A stretch of DNA of 64,000 nt. Source: an uncultured Verrucomicrobiales bacterium (GTDB lineage: Bacteria > Verrucomicrobiota > Verrucomicrobiia > Verrucomicrobiales > Akkermansiaceae). Below are positions 36,872 through 46,233 of the stretch, piece by piece (the stretch's first letter is position 1; each line of letters opens with the position of its first letter). Under the pieces are notes generated by a model that was not told where the DNA came from, did no database searches, and was given only the letters and a program-made list of their open reading frames with translations. Position numbers and translations under genes: made by a program. Location: positions 24,448-88,447 of the forward strand of contig CALFVL010000077.1 of NCBI GenBank assembly GCA_937928425.1, written 5' to 3'.

Positions 36872-37906
36872 TTAACAGATTTCTCGCAGGAGGGTGTGAC
36901 GGAGGATGAAGGCCAGAGCTAGGGCTAGGACACCTGCGATGAGGATACTAGGATAGAGGTCACGTTGGTAAACGAGGGCTGGAGTTTTCTTAGACGTGGT
37001 CTCGAGTTCATCAATGGTATTCATGACGTCCTCGAAGCCTTGGTTGTCCTTGGCGCGGAAGAAGCGGCCATCGGTAATGGCTGCAATTTTTTCGAGGTTA
37101 CGGGTGTCGAAGCGAATCATGGCTCCGATGCGAGCGAGGTTTTCAAGGAGGTATGGGTCATCACTGCCGATTCCGACGGTATGAATGGTGATGTCTTGGG
37201 AACGAGCAGCCTCTGCAGCGGTGACTGGAGTAAATACGGCATCGGCGACGGTGTGATCACCATCTGTGATAAGGACCATGGTGCGGCGGGTTTCCTTGTG
37301 CTCCTTAAGTGCTTCGATTCCGGCGCTAATTCCCCCTGCGATATTGGTGCCTCGCTCATTTGAGTAGAGGAGAGAGTTCTCGAGCTGGTTGACGTAGGCG
37401 ATGAGGTAATCGTGATCTGGTGTGGGGGTGACAGCAGGGTATCCATCATGACCAAAGATGACGAGGCCGATCCGATCACCCGAACGGCGCTTGATAAAAC
37501 GGATGATCTGATCCCGAGCGACACCCAGACGATCTTTTATTCGTCCTTCGCGGATGCCTTTAGCGACGGTGTCATTATCCAGAGAGGAGTCTGGGTCAAA
37601 GGCATCCATGCTGTTCGAGTAGTCGAGAACGAGCATGATATCAGTGCCTTCTTTAATACTGGGCATCAATTCGACATCAGACTGCGGGCGGGCCAGTGCG
37701 ATGATGAAGGTTCCCGCAGCGAGGGCCTCTAAAAGAAGGAGAATATGCCGTGGAGCGAAAAATTTCTGAGGAGTTCCACCTGTGTAGTGTGTGGTGGAAG
37801 AGACAGCAATGGAGGCTGGAACACTAAACCAGCGCCAGATGAGGCCCCCAATGAGTGGGAGCCAAAGCCAGAGGACGTGGGGATGTGCGAAGGCGATTTC
37901 AGACAT
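36872..37906 (-). CDS. batA: BatA-like VWA domain membrane protein
   Basis: 344 aa. Contains FAHPHVLWLWLPLIGGLIW, the MIDAS motif MLVLDYSNSMDA, LITDGDH and a C-terminal TM. Confidence 0.75.
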   Translation of the reverse strand: MSEIAFAHPHVLWLWLPLIGGLIWRWFSVPASIAVSSTTHYTGGTPQKFFAPRHILLLLEALAAGTFIIALARPQSDVELMPSIKEGTDIMLVLDYSNSMDAFDPDSSLDNDTVAKGIREGRIKDRLGVARDQIIRFIKRRSGDRIGLVIFGHDGYPAVTPTPDHDYLIAYVNQLENSLLYSNERGTNIAGGISAGIEALKEHKETRRTMVLITDGDHTVADAVFTPVTAAEAARSQDITIHTVGIGSDDPYLLENLARIGAMIRFDTRNLEKIAAITDGRFFRAKDNQGFEDVMNTIDELETTSKKTPALVYQRDLYPSILIAGVLALALAFILRHTLLREIC

Positions 37907-38870
37907 CAGATGAATCGGTTTCTGGGGTGGTTGTGGTTACGAAGTTGCGAATGAGTTCGAGTGATTCTGGAGCCTTGCTTGGTGAGGGGGAGTAACCGGC
38001 GAATTTCACGGCGTCACTAAGCTGGGCGAAGGAGTTGAGTTTATCAATCGGGTCAGTGGGAATACCTGCTTGTTTTTTAAGAGTCTCGATGAACTCGGTA
38101 GAGGTTTTAGAGCGGGCCCGGACGGAGTAACGCTCTGAGGTGTATTGCTTCAGAATATCTGTAAGTTTTGAGTAGAAAGGGATTTCTTGGGAGTTGGGAT
38201 CCAGCTGGGCGAGTCTTGCGAGGGCTTTCTCCCAAGGGGGGGTAGTTTTCAAGATGCCACTACGTTTTAGAATGAAGTAAATAAGGGGGATGAGAAGGAG
38301 GGCTAGGAGCCACCAGAGCCAAGGTTTTGAGTCCTCAGTCTTAGTAAAGGTGAGTGGGGGAGCAGGGGCGGGTTTTTCTTCGGTGAGGAAGCTCTCGGGG
38401 TCGTGCGGATTTTCGGGGATGTCCGCTGGAGAGGTGAGGGTGAGTGGAGGGAGTGGGAGGGTGAGTGAGTTGGGGGAGATCCGCTTCGTTGGTTCAAGAG
38501 GAAAGGAGGCGGTGAGGCCATCAAGGGGCTTCGTGTCAGTCGCAACGAAGGGGATGCTCAGGTGCCACTGGCGCTGCCCCTTGAGCGTGAGAGACCCCTT
38601 CCTAAGTTTAGCCTGGTTCTCAACAGGAACGAGGAAAGGGGGATGGCTGAGTGGTGTGGCTCTTGTGACCTTACGGTGCCAAGGCGCGGTGATGGTGAAG
38701 TCTAGCTGGGCAGCGTGCCCAAGGATGAGTTCGCTCTGGCTCCATGAACTTTCGTGGATAGAAGGGCGGTCATTTTTTTGCCAGACGCGGAAAAAGATAA
38801 AGCCGATCGTAAGTCCTACGAGGAGGAGGACGATGAGGGTGAGCTTGAGGATGGTAAAGATGGACTTCAT
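37899..38870 (-). CDS. DUF4381-like membrane protein (Bat operon spacer gene) with N-terminal extension
   Basis: 323 aa, two TMs. The C-terminal part PPWEKALARLAQLDPNSQEIPFYSKLTDILKQYTSERYSVRARSKTSTEFIETL...LSDAVKFAG matches the DUF4381 pattern seen between DUF58 and batA. Confidence 0.55.
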   Translation of the reverse strand: MKSIFTILKLTLIVLLLVGLTIGFIFFRVWQKNDRPSIHESSWSQSELILGHAAQLDFTITAPWHRKVTRATPLSHPPFLVPVENQAKLRKGSLTLKGQRQWHLSIPFVATDTKPLDGLTASFPLEPTKRISPNSLTLPLPPLTLTSPADIPENPHDPESFLTEEKPAPAPPLTFTKTEDSKPWLWWLLALLLIPLIYFILKRSGILKTTPPWEKALARLAQLDPNSQEIPFYSKLTDILKQYTSERYSVRARSKTSTEFIETLKKQAGIPTDPIDKLNSFAQLSDAVKFAGYSPSPSKAPESLELIRNFVTTTTPETDSSDV

Positions 38871-39733
38871 CGACGGGAAATACGGCGCTGGAAGAGAGCG
38901 ATGATGGCAGGAAGGTAATCAGTGGCAGTGTCAAGAGGGACGTAGTCGATGCCGGCTCGTCGACAGCTCGAGGCGATTTCTTCGGCCGCAGAACTAGTCC
39001 GTTCACTTAGGGTCTGAGCTTCTTTCCGCGTGAGGCGGGTGACTTGACCAGTCTCAAGATCACTGATGGAGAGGGCGGCGATGTCTGGCAATTCACGCTC
39101 GATCGGGTCAGAAATATGGAGGAGGATGACCTCGTGTTTACGGGCAAGTGCGCGCAGTGGTTTCGCGAATTCAGGGGTGATGAGGTCACTTAAAATGAAG
39201 ACGATAGAACGCTTTAAAGTGGTTTTTAAAAGATGCTCTATTCCCCCAGCAAGATTGGTATGGGGAGACTTCGGCTCGAAGGCGAGAAGTTCACGGATGA
39301 TGCGGAGAACGTGGTGATGGCCACGGGCTGGGTCGAGCTGAAGTTCCTCTTGATCTGAGTAGAGAAGGAGACCCACCTTATCCTTATTCAAGGTGGCTGA
39401 GAAGGCGAGGACGGCGGCGACTTCAGCACTGAATTCATCTTTCGTGGTGCTGCCTGAGCCGAATTGCCCTGATGCGGAGCGATCTACCAGAAAGAAGACG
39501 TTCTGCTCCCTCTCCTCAGTAAAGAGCTTGATAAATGGAGAGCCGAGACGAGCGGAGACATTCCAGTCGATGGAGCGCATTTCATCTCCTTCTTGGTATT
39601 CTCGTATTTCGGCGAATTCAATGCCACGCCCTTTAAAAGAAGCGTGCCATGCTCCGGCAGTGCGATTTTGCACGATGCGGCGGCTGCGGATTTCGATCCG
39701 CCGGACTTTTTCCATTAACTCTGAGGCCAGCAT
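38867..39733 (-). CDS. DUF58 domain protein (MoxR partner)
   Basis: 288 aa. EIREYQEGDEMRSIDWNVSARL is the hallmark DUF58 motif. A VWA-like FFLVDRSASGQFGS follows. Confidence 0.85.
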   Translation of the reverse strand: MLASELMEKVRRIEIRSRRIVQNRTAGAWHASFKGRGIEFAEIREYQEGDEMRSIDWNVSARLGSPFIKLFTEEREQNVFFLVDRSASGQFGSGSTTKDEFSAEVAAVLAFSATLNKDKVGLLLYSDQEELQLDPARGHHHVLRIIRELLAFEPKSPHTNLAGGIEHLLKTTLKRSIVFILSDLITPEFAKPLRALARKHEVILLHISDPIERELPDIAALSISDLETGQVTRLTRKEAQTLSERTSSAAEEIASSCRRAGIDYVPLDTATDYLPAIIALFQRRISRR

Positions 39734-39739
39734 GGAGAA

Positions 39740-40753
39740 TTATGGAGTGCGGAGGGTGTCGAGAAGCTGCTTGATGATGGCGTCACTGTCCATGTCTTCG
39801 GCCTGAGCCTCGTAGCTAGGAATGATACGGTGACGGAGGATGTCTGGAGTGATAGATTTGACGTCTTCTGGGAGGACGTGTCCACGGCCCGCAAGGAAGG
39901 CGAGGCAGCGTGATCCACGAATGAGCTGGATGGTAGCGCGTGGAGATGCTCCGGCGGTGATGAGGGGCTTAAAGGCCTCAAGGTCTAAACCAGCTTGGCG
40001 CTCAGAGAGCTGAGAACGTCCTTCTTCTCGAGTGGCGAAGACGATGTCGAGAATGTAGTCTTCGATCTTAGGGTCGATGTGAATCTGGTTAATGAGGGCG
40101 CGAGCTGCGGAGACGGTGGCAAGGTCAGTCACTGCGGTGGCAGATGGCATAGACATGGTCGATGCCATACGGCGGAGGACTTCACGCTCTTCATCACGCT
40201 CTGGGTAGCCGACGATGACTTTCATCATGAAGCGGTCCATTTGAGCTTCTGGAAGGGAGTAAGTCCCTTCTTGGTCTAGCGGGTTTTGAGTCGCCATGAC
40301 GAGGAAGGGGTCTGGGAGCTTGCGGGTCTCTCCACCGAGGGTGACCTGTTTTTCTTGCATGGCCTCAAGTAGGGCTGATTGAACCTTAGCAGGGGCGCGG
40401 TTAATCTCATCCGCAAGGAGAAGGTTGGTAAATACCGGACCTTCTTTTGCAGTGAATTCCTGAGTGCCAGGATTATAAATGTGGGTGCCGATGACATCGG
40501 CAGGAAGGAGGTCAGGAGTGAACTGGATCCGGCCGAAGCGGGCCGAGAGTGTCTGCGCGAGGGTATTCACTGCGAGGGTTTTCGCTAAGCCAGGGAGGCC
40601 CTCGACAAGGAGGTGATTTCCAGTGAGGAGGCAAACGAGCATCCGGTCGACAAGGTGATTCTGCCCGATGAGGACGCGTGCGATTTCTTGTCTAAGAGGG
40701 GCGACGAAAGCAGAGCGGGTCTGGATTTCAGCTGTGAGTTCTTCTGGTGTCAT
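39740..40753 (-). CDS. moxR: MoxR-family AAA+ ATPase
   Basis: 337 aa. Contains Walker A GLPGLAKT, FGRIQFTPDLLPADV, Walker B LLADEINRAPAKVQSALLEAMQE and VMATQNP. Confidence 0.9.
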   Translation of the reverse strand: MTPEELTAEIQTRSAFVAPLRQEIARVLIGQNHLVDRMLVCLLTGNHLLVEGLPGLAKTLAVNTLAQTLSARFGRIQFTPDLLPADVIGTHIYNPGTQEFTAKEGPVFTNLLLADEINRAPAKVQSALLEAMQEKQVTLGGETRKLPDPFLVMATQNPLDQEGTYSLPEAQMDRFMMKVIVGYPERDEEREVLRRMASTMSMPSATAVTDLATVSAARALINQIHIDPKIEDYILDIVFATREEGRSQLSERQAGLDLEAFKPLITAGASPRATIQLIRGSRCLAFLAGRGHVLPEDVKSITPDILRHRIIPSYEAQAEDMDSDAIIKQLLDTLRTP

Positions 40754-40776
40754 AAAAGTGTAGCGCGATAGAGAGT

Positions 40777-40805
40777 TTTGCTTTCAGAGGTTTGCTTTCA
40801 AGAGG
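40777..40805. repeat. Tandem 14/15-nt direct repeat in the moxR / beta-propeller divergent intergenic region
   Basis: tttgctttcagagg (40777-40790) is immediately followed by tttgctttcaagagg (40791-40805). The repeat starts 24 nt upstream of the moxR ATG (40753). Confidence 0.9.
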
Positions 40806-40957
40806 CCGGACTCTGTCATTATGAATGAGCGATCCTGCAACGAGACGATTGCATGATGAGAACGATGGTGAAGTCTTTTTTTTTCTAAGAAATGTCATTT
40901 TAAAAGGGTGGCTTTGAGACTTGGAAGTTCAGGAGGCTCTTTGCTACGGTGTTGGAG

Positions 40958-42226
40958 ATGAAAAGGCGTTTATTTTTTTCCGGAGCAGTGTGGTGTTTTC
41001 TATGTTTCCCGTTACAGGCTCAGTGGCCAAGTTGGCGTGGGCCAGATGGTGGGGGATGGGTGAAAGAGGGAATTTTACCGATGGAATTTAGTGAAGAAGG
41101 AAAGCGGGTGAATTGGAAAATCGCTTTGCCAGGACGAGGGTGCTCTACTCCGATTATTTCTGAGGGCCAACTTTATCTTACAGCACCAATCGAAGGGAAA
41201 GATGGGATCCTCGCTTTCGATCTGGAGGGAAATGAGAGGTGGCGCCAGAGCTACGGCGAGCAAACTCCGGGGCGAGGACAGAAAGTCGGAAGTGGTGCAA
41301 ATTCCTCTGCGGTGAGTGATGGGAAAACTGTGGTGGCTTATTTTAAATCTGGTCTGGTGGCTGCCTGTTCTAGTGATGGGAAGAAAAAGTGGGAAAAGAA
41401 TCTGCAAGATGAATATGGGAAGGACACTCTCTGGTGGGATCAGGGGACTTCTCCAGTCTTATTCGAACAGACTGTGATTATCGCGGTCATGCAGACGGAG
41501 GGGAATTCTTACCTTGTGGCCCTAGATTTAGAAAGTGGAGAGGAACGGTGGAAAAGTGAGCGTAAGTTTGAAACGGCGAAGGAGTCTGGCGATAGTTATA
41601 CCACGCCGCACATACTGACGATAGAGGGAGTGCCACAGGTGGTCAGCTTTGGCGCAGATCATGTGACAGGGCATGATGTGAGAACGGGTGAATTGCTATG
41701 GAGTGCGGCAGGGCTAAATCCTGAGGGGAAGGGGATGTGGCGTACGATCGCTTCTTCCGTGGAGGTGGGAGACATCTTAGTCGTGCCTCACGGGCGTGGG
41801 GAGTATTTAATGGCTCTTAAGGCAGGTGGCAAAGGGGATGTGACAGAAAAGAATATACTCTGGCGAAAGAAGATGAAGAGCACGGATTCAGTCACTCCAA
41901 TCGTGAAAGGAGAGAATGTGATCGTCTTAACTGATCGAGGAAAAGAACGGGGTAAAATCACTTATATGAAGGCGCAAACAGGTGAAGTTCTATGGGAAGG
42001 GAAATTACCTAGGTCTGCAAAGACCTTTTACTCTTCACCTATTCTAGTGGGTGATACTTTGTGTTGCCCTCGAGAGGATGGAGTCGTCCTGATGGCAAAA
42101 TTCAGTGAAGAGGGCCTAGGTGAAGTTAAAGAAAGTCAGTTAGGCCAGTCCTTCATCGCGTCTCCGGTTTTTGTAAACGGGAAATTAATTCTCCGTGGAA
42201 ACGACTTCCTCTGGTGTCTTCAGTGA
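40958..42226 (+). CDS. PQQ-like/BamB-like beta-propeller repeat protein, secreted
   Basis: The track ORF opens at GTG 40949; an ATG at 40958 gives MKRRLFFSGAVWCFLCFPLQAQ. Repeated G-x-L/V-x-A-x-D-x-x-x-G-x-x-x-W units occur (e.g. ILAFDLEGNERW, LVALDLESGEERW, VTGHDVRTGELLW, MKAQTGEVLW). Confidence 0.7.
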   Translation: MKRRLFFSGAVWCFLCFPLQAQWPSWRGPDGGGWVKEGILPMEFSEEGKRVNWKIALPGRGCSTPIISEGQLYLTAPIEGKDGILAFDLEGNERWRQSYGEQTPGRGQKVGSGANSSAVSDGKTVVAYFKSGLVAACSSDGKKKWEKNLQDEYGKDTLWWDQGTSPVLFEQTVIIAVMQTEGNSYLVALDLESGEERWKSERKFETAKESGDSYTTPHILTIEGVPQVVSFGADHVTGHDVRTGELLWSAAGLNPEGKGMWRTIASSVEVGDILVVPHGRGEYLMALKAGGKGDVTEKNILWRKKMKSTDSVTPIVKGENVIVLTDRGKERGKITYMKAQTGEVLWEGKLPRSAKTFYSSPILVGDTLCCPREDGVVLMAKFSEEGLGEVKESQLGQSFIASPVFVNGKLILRGNDFLWCLQ

Positions 42227-42230
42227 GTTC

Positions 42231-44114
42231 CTAGTTTCCACTGAGGTGAGGGAGGATCTTATCAATCGCGTTCGCGGAGGTGATGCCATGTTTTTCTCTG
42301 AGAATCTCGGGCTTCCCATGCTCGATAAATTCGTCAGGCCAGCCGATCCGTTCGACGGGGGTGTGGACCACTGCGTCGTGGAGGAGCTCGATGATTGAGA
42401 GCCCAAAGCCATTGAACAGCACGTGGTCCTCGAAGGTGCAGACGACCTTGGCGCGAGCAGCCTGCGTGGTGATCGTGCGGGCATCAAGTGGCTTGATCCA
42501 TCTGGGGTTGATGAGGGTGACGCTGTAACCCTGAGCCTCTAGTGTGTCCTTCGTTTCTAGAGCCAGTTCCATCATCGTGCCGAGTGGGATGAGGCAGACG
42601 TCGCTCCCTTCTTGAAGGACCTCAGCTTCGCCGATGGTGAGGAGCTGTGCTTGTTCTTTGATCGGGGTGCCGGGGCCGTTGCCCCGAGGGTAACGGATGG
42701 CGATAGGACCGTCTTCGTAGTTCACCATGGTCCAGAGCATGTCGATAAATTCATCCTCATCTTTAGGCTGCATGTGGACTAGGCCAGGGACGTGTCTGAG
42801 ATAGCCTATGTCAAATAGCCCATGGTGAGTGGGGCCGTCATCTCCTGAGAGTCCGCCACGATCCATACAAAGTCGCACGGGGAGGTTCTGGAGAGCCATG
42901 TCATGAATGATCATGTCGTAGGCCCGCTGCATGAAGGTTGAGTAGATTGCTAGGAAGGGTTTCAGGCCTTCTGAGGCATGCCCACAGGCAAAGAGGGCTG
43001 CGTGTTCTTCTGCAATCCCGACATCGAAGTAGCGTTCTTTAAGTTCCGCCTTGAAGGTTTCCAGCTTAGTTCCTCCCGGCATGGCCGCAGTGATCGCGGT
43101 AATTTTTTCGTCCTTTTTGGCAAAATCGGTGATGGCACGGCCGAAGAGTTCGGAGAAGGTGGGAGCACCGGAGGATGTGGAGCCGTCTTCTACATTATAG
43201 GGTCCTAGGCCGTGAAATTTTCCCGGTTTATCAAGCGCGGGCTGATAACCCCGCCCTTTCTCCGTGATGATGTGGAGGATAACGGGCTCATCTTTCTCCT
43301 TAAGGTGCTCTAGGCTCTTAATGAGTGATGGAAGGTCATGCCCATCAATCGGTCCGTAGTAGCGGAGGCCGAATTTCTCGAAGAGAACATTCGGAAGAAG
43401 CATGTTTTTTGCATTTCGTTCTACTTTGTGGACGAATTTCCGCGCGCTGGGCCCTGCCACTTTTTCGACCAGTTCTGCCGCCCTTTCTCGAATGCCATTA
43501 TAGGCGGGGTGAGTCTGAAGTGTGTTAAAGTACTGTGCCAGAGCTCCCACGTTTTTATCAATGGACCACTCATTATCATTCAGGACGATGATACAGCGCT
43601 TGGTCGTGGCCGCGATGTTGTTAAGCGCTTCTAGGGTAGGGCCACAGGTGAAAGCAGCATCACCAGCCACTGCGACCACGTGATTTTTTTCACCCTTTAG
43701 ATCACGACCTGAACACATGCCTAACGCGGCAGACACGGCAGTGCCAGCGTGTCCTGCTCCATAGCAGTCATGCTCAGACTCGCTGCGGAGAAGGAAGCCA
43801 TTCAGCCCTTCGTACTGCCGGATGGTGCCGATTTCCTTAGCGCGCCCAGTGAGCATTTTGTGAACGTATCCTTGGTGTGAGACGTCGAAGAGGAATTTAT
43901 CCTCCGGTGAGTGAAAAACTCGGTGCATGGCAATGCTTAGCTCGACCACGCCAAGATTAGGTCCAAGGTGACCTCCTGTATTTGACAGGGAGTTGATCAA
44001 AGTTTCGCGAATTTCCTCTGCGAGGGTGGGGAGGTCCTCGCTGGCGATGTTTTGGAGGTCGGATGGGCCTTGAATTTTATCAAGGAAAGGTGTTTTAGAG
44101 GAGTCGGACATCAT
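42231..44114 (-). CDS. dxs: 1-deoxy-D-xylulose-5-phosphate synthase
   Basis: Contains GGHLGPNLGVVEL, DVSHQGYVHKMLTGR, GDAAFTCG, the NDNEWSI region and DGPTHHG. The track start 44165 overlaps xseB by 71 nt; ATGs at 44120, 44114 and 44111 are more plausible starts. Confidence 0.93.
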   Translation of the reverse strand: MMSDSSKTPFLDKIQGPSDLQNIASEDLPTLAEEIRETLINSLSNTGGHLGPNLGVVELSIAMHRVFHSPEDKFLFDVSHQGYVHKMLTGRAKEIGTIRQYEGLNGFLLRSESEHDCYGAGHAGTAVSAALGMCSGRDLKGEKNHVVAVAGDAAFTCGPTLEALNNIAATTKRCIIVLNDNEWSIDKNVGALAQYFNTLQTHPAYNGIRERAAELVEKVAGPSARKFVHKVERNAKNMLLPNVLFEKFGLRYYGPIDGHDLPSLIKSLEHLKEKDEPVILHIITEKGRGYQPALDKPGKFHGLGPYNVEDGSTSSGAPTFSELFGRAITDFAKKDEKITAITAAMPGGTKLETFKAELKERYFDVGIAEEHAALFACGHASEGLKPFLAIYSTFMQRAYDMIIHDMALQNLPVRLCMDRGGLSGDDGPTHHGLFDIGYLRHVPGLVHMQPKDEDEFIDMLWTMVNYEDGPIAIRYPRGNGPGTPIKEQAQLLTIGEAEVLQEGSDVCLIPLGTMMELALETKDTLEAQGYSVTLINPRWIKPLDARTITTQAARAKVVCTFEDHVLFNGFGLSIIELLHDAVVHTPVERIGWPDEFIEHGKPEILREKHGITSANAIDKILPHLSGN

Positions 44115-44394
44115 TGTCATTATTAGGCTCGCGATTTGAAGGAAGAGGTTCGGGCTCTTCGTCAAGCGAATTGGCCTGTATTTTTGCTTCGACTATGTCG
44201 AGGCGTTTGCGTGCTGATTTGAGCGTGTTTTGGCAGTAGTTTAGGAGGTCTTGGCCCCTCTCGAAGTCATCGAGAAGTTTGGCAAGTGAGCTAGGTTCTT
44301 GCTCGAGAGTTTTAATAATCTCTTCTAATTCATCGGCCGCTTCCTCAAAGGATTCGGCAATGGTTTTGGAGGTTTTTTTCTTCTTGGCAGGCAT
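44095..44394 (-). CDS. xseB: Exodeoxyribonuclease VII small subunit
   Basis: 99 aa. SFEEAADELEEIIKTLEQEPSSLAKLLDDFERGQDLLNYCQNTLKSARKRLD fits XseB. The classical xseB-dxs neighbourhood supports the call. Confidence 0.8.
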   Translation of the reverse strand: MPAKKKKTSKTIAESFEEAADELEEIIKTLEQEPSSLAKLLDDFERGQDLLNYCQNTLKSARKRLDIVEAKIQANSLDEEPEPLPSNREPNNDNDVRLL

Positions 44395-44409
44395 AAAAGG
44401 AAATGGGGC

Positions 44410-46233
44410 CTACTGCTGGATCACAGGTTTTTTTGAGTAGTAGATCATGCGCATCGGGAAGAGGTGACGATTTTCTGGGAAATCGACCATTACTTTTCTG
44501 AGGATAGGTGCTCTCATACGCAGGCCGCCACGGCCGATCTGGCCTTCCGTGATACCGATTGCGGTGCCATCAAGCATAAGTGCGGCAAATTCTTCTCCAG
44601 CACCAAATGGGGCTGGCGAGTAAAGAGGATTATTTTCAAAGGAAGTAGGCGTGAGTAAGATTCCGGCAACGTCCAGTTTCTGATCTTCGGCGAGTTCTAC
44701 AAGAGACTCAAATTCGGAAACCTTACGAGGTAGCCAAATTGAAGTGCGGTCTGCATACCAAGCTACGGCCCAAGGCTGGTCAGAGAAGATGATTTGCTCG
44801 TCCGTAGTGACATCGTGGAGGGTCCGGCTTAGGAGAGGTGGCCAGTAGGGTGGCCAGACTGGGCGCTGGTTAAGGCCTGTTCTGAGGCTGGACTGAATGG
44901 CCTTAGGAATCGTTAGAATGAGTGGGCCTGCACTCACAATGATGACGATGACGAAGTGCCCGTAGCGCATGATCGCGCTACCAGTGGGAAGTTCAATGCG
45001 ACTCCATAGAATAGAGAGGAAGGCGAGACCGTATGCCGACATAATCGGCGCAAAGAGAATATGGAGTTGGTTAGCATCCGTAGAACTTTCTGAGAGACCG
45101 AAGAGGGCCATGCCTAAAACTCCCATGATCCACATCAAGAGGACGATCCAGCGGAACTTAGCGATGGATTCCCGCTTAAATGGATGAACGAGAGCTAAGA
45201 AAAAGAGGGGTGCCGCGATGATTGCTCCAAGGTTGTTGTAGAGGAGGTTCGCCTGCTGCAGCATGTTGGAGGTGGTATTGATAATGAGGGAGTTTAGATT
45301 ATGGAGAACTCGGTAGGTCTCTTCACTAGGGTCACTCGTCCGCATAACGTTGGCCTCTGACTCGGTTAAACCTCCATAGAGAGTGAGGAAGGCTGTTCCT
45401 CCGGGATTGCCTGTCCACTCGATGTTTTTAGCGACGAAGTAGAGGCTTAAGATCAGAAGAATTCCAAACACTGAGAGACCTGCAAGGCCCTTAGGACGGA
45501 AGAAGAACGCAGCGTAGATGACGAAACCTAAGGTGAGCCAAATCGTGAGCCAATGAGCTAAGGCCAGTAGGGCTAAGAAAATTGCGGCGGTGACGATGGA
45601 GCCCATCGCTACGCGGTTTTCTACCGAGGATTCTAAAGCTCGATAGATAAAGAAGAGTGCACATGAAAAGAGCATGAGCATGAGCATCTGTGGGAGTCCT
45701 GTCTGGGTGAACTTCCACATGAGATCGCTTAGAATCATCAGGATAGCGGCGACTCCGGCAATTTTCACATCAAAGATACGCGAGATCAGAAGATAGTTCA
45801 CCCCGATTGCGATGAGGAAGAGAATGACTGCTACGGCGGCGATCACTCGATCTAGCCGATAAATTGTCCGCGCGTCTTCAACCATTTGAAATTTTGCGAA
45901 ATCGTCACCTCCTACTGCTTTTAGAACTGCTCCGTAAAGGAAGGGGTTCAGCGGGGAGTGATAGGTGTCATAGAAGGCATCTAATTCAGGCTCAGCATTC
46001 TCGTTTTTTTGAGCCTGCCAAATCGCGGCGGGCCGAATGACTTTAGTGGTGGCATTATTACCACGGGCGATTTCGCGCCCGATTTGTGCTTGCTCCATCC
46101 CCCGAGCAGAGGTCAGACCCTTAAAGGTGAGAATAAGGTAGAAGAAGACGAGGACAAAGAGGAGAACGAAGAAAAGAAGACGTCGGATAAGGACGGCAGT
46201 GTTCATCCCTCCGATTTTTTTGGCATTACTCAT
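44410..46233 (-). CDS. Large polytopic membrane protein, GT-C (ArnT/PMT, GT39/GT83)-like suspected
   Basis: 607 aa with about 11-13 hydrophobic helices followed by a ~150-aa soluble C-terminal domain. ATGA overlap with the response-regulator stop. The family assignment rests on overall architecture only. Confidence 0.4.
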   Translation of the reverse strand: MSNAKKIGGMNTAVLIRRLLFFVLLFVLVFFYLILTFKGLTSARGMEQAQIGREIARGNNATTKVIRPAAIWQAQKNENAEPELDAFYDTYHSPLNPFLYGAVLKAVGGDDFAKFQMVEDARTIYRLDRVIAAVAVILFLIAIGVNYLLISRIFDVKIAGVAAILMILSDLMWKFTQTGLPQMLMLMLFSCALFFIYRALESSVENRVAMGSIVTAAIFLALLALAHWLTIWLTLGFVIYAAFFFRPKGLAGLSVFGILLILSLYFVAKNIEWTGNPGGTAFLTLYGGLTESEANVMRTSDPSEETYRVLHNLNSLIINTTSNMLQQANLLYNNLGAIIAAPLFFLALVHPFKRESIAKFRWIVLLMWIMGVLGMALFGLSESSTDANQLHILFAPIMSAYGLAFLSILWSRIELPTGSAIMRYGHFVIVIIVSAGPLILTIPKAIQSSLRTGLNQRPVWPPYWPPLLSRTLHDVTTDEQIIFSDQPWAVAWYADRTSIWLPRKVSEFESLVELAEDQKLDVAGILLTPTSFENNPLYSPAPFGAGEEFAALMLDGTAIGITEGQIGRGGLRMRAPILRKVMVDFPENRHLFPMRMIYYSKKPVIQQ

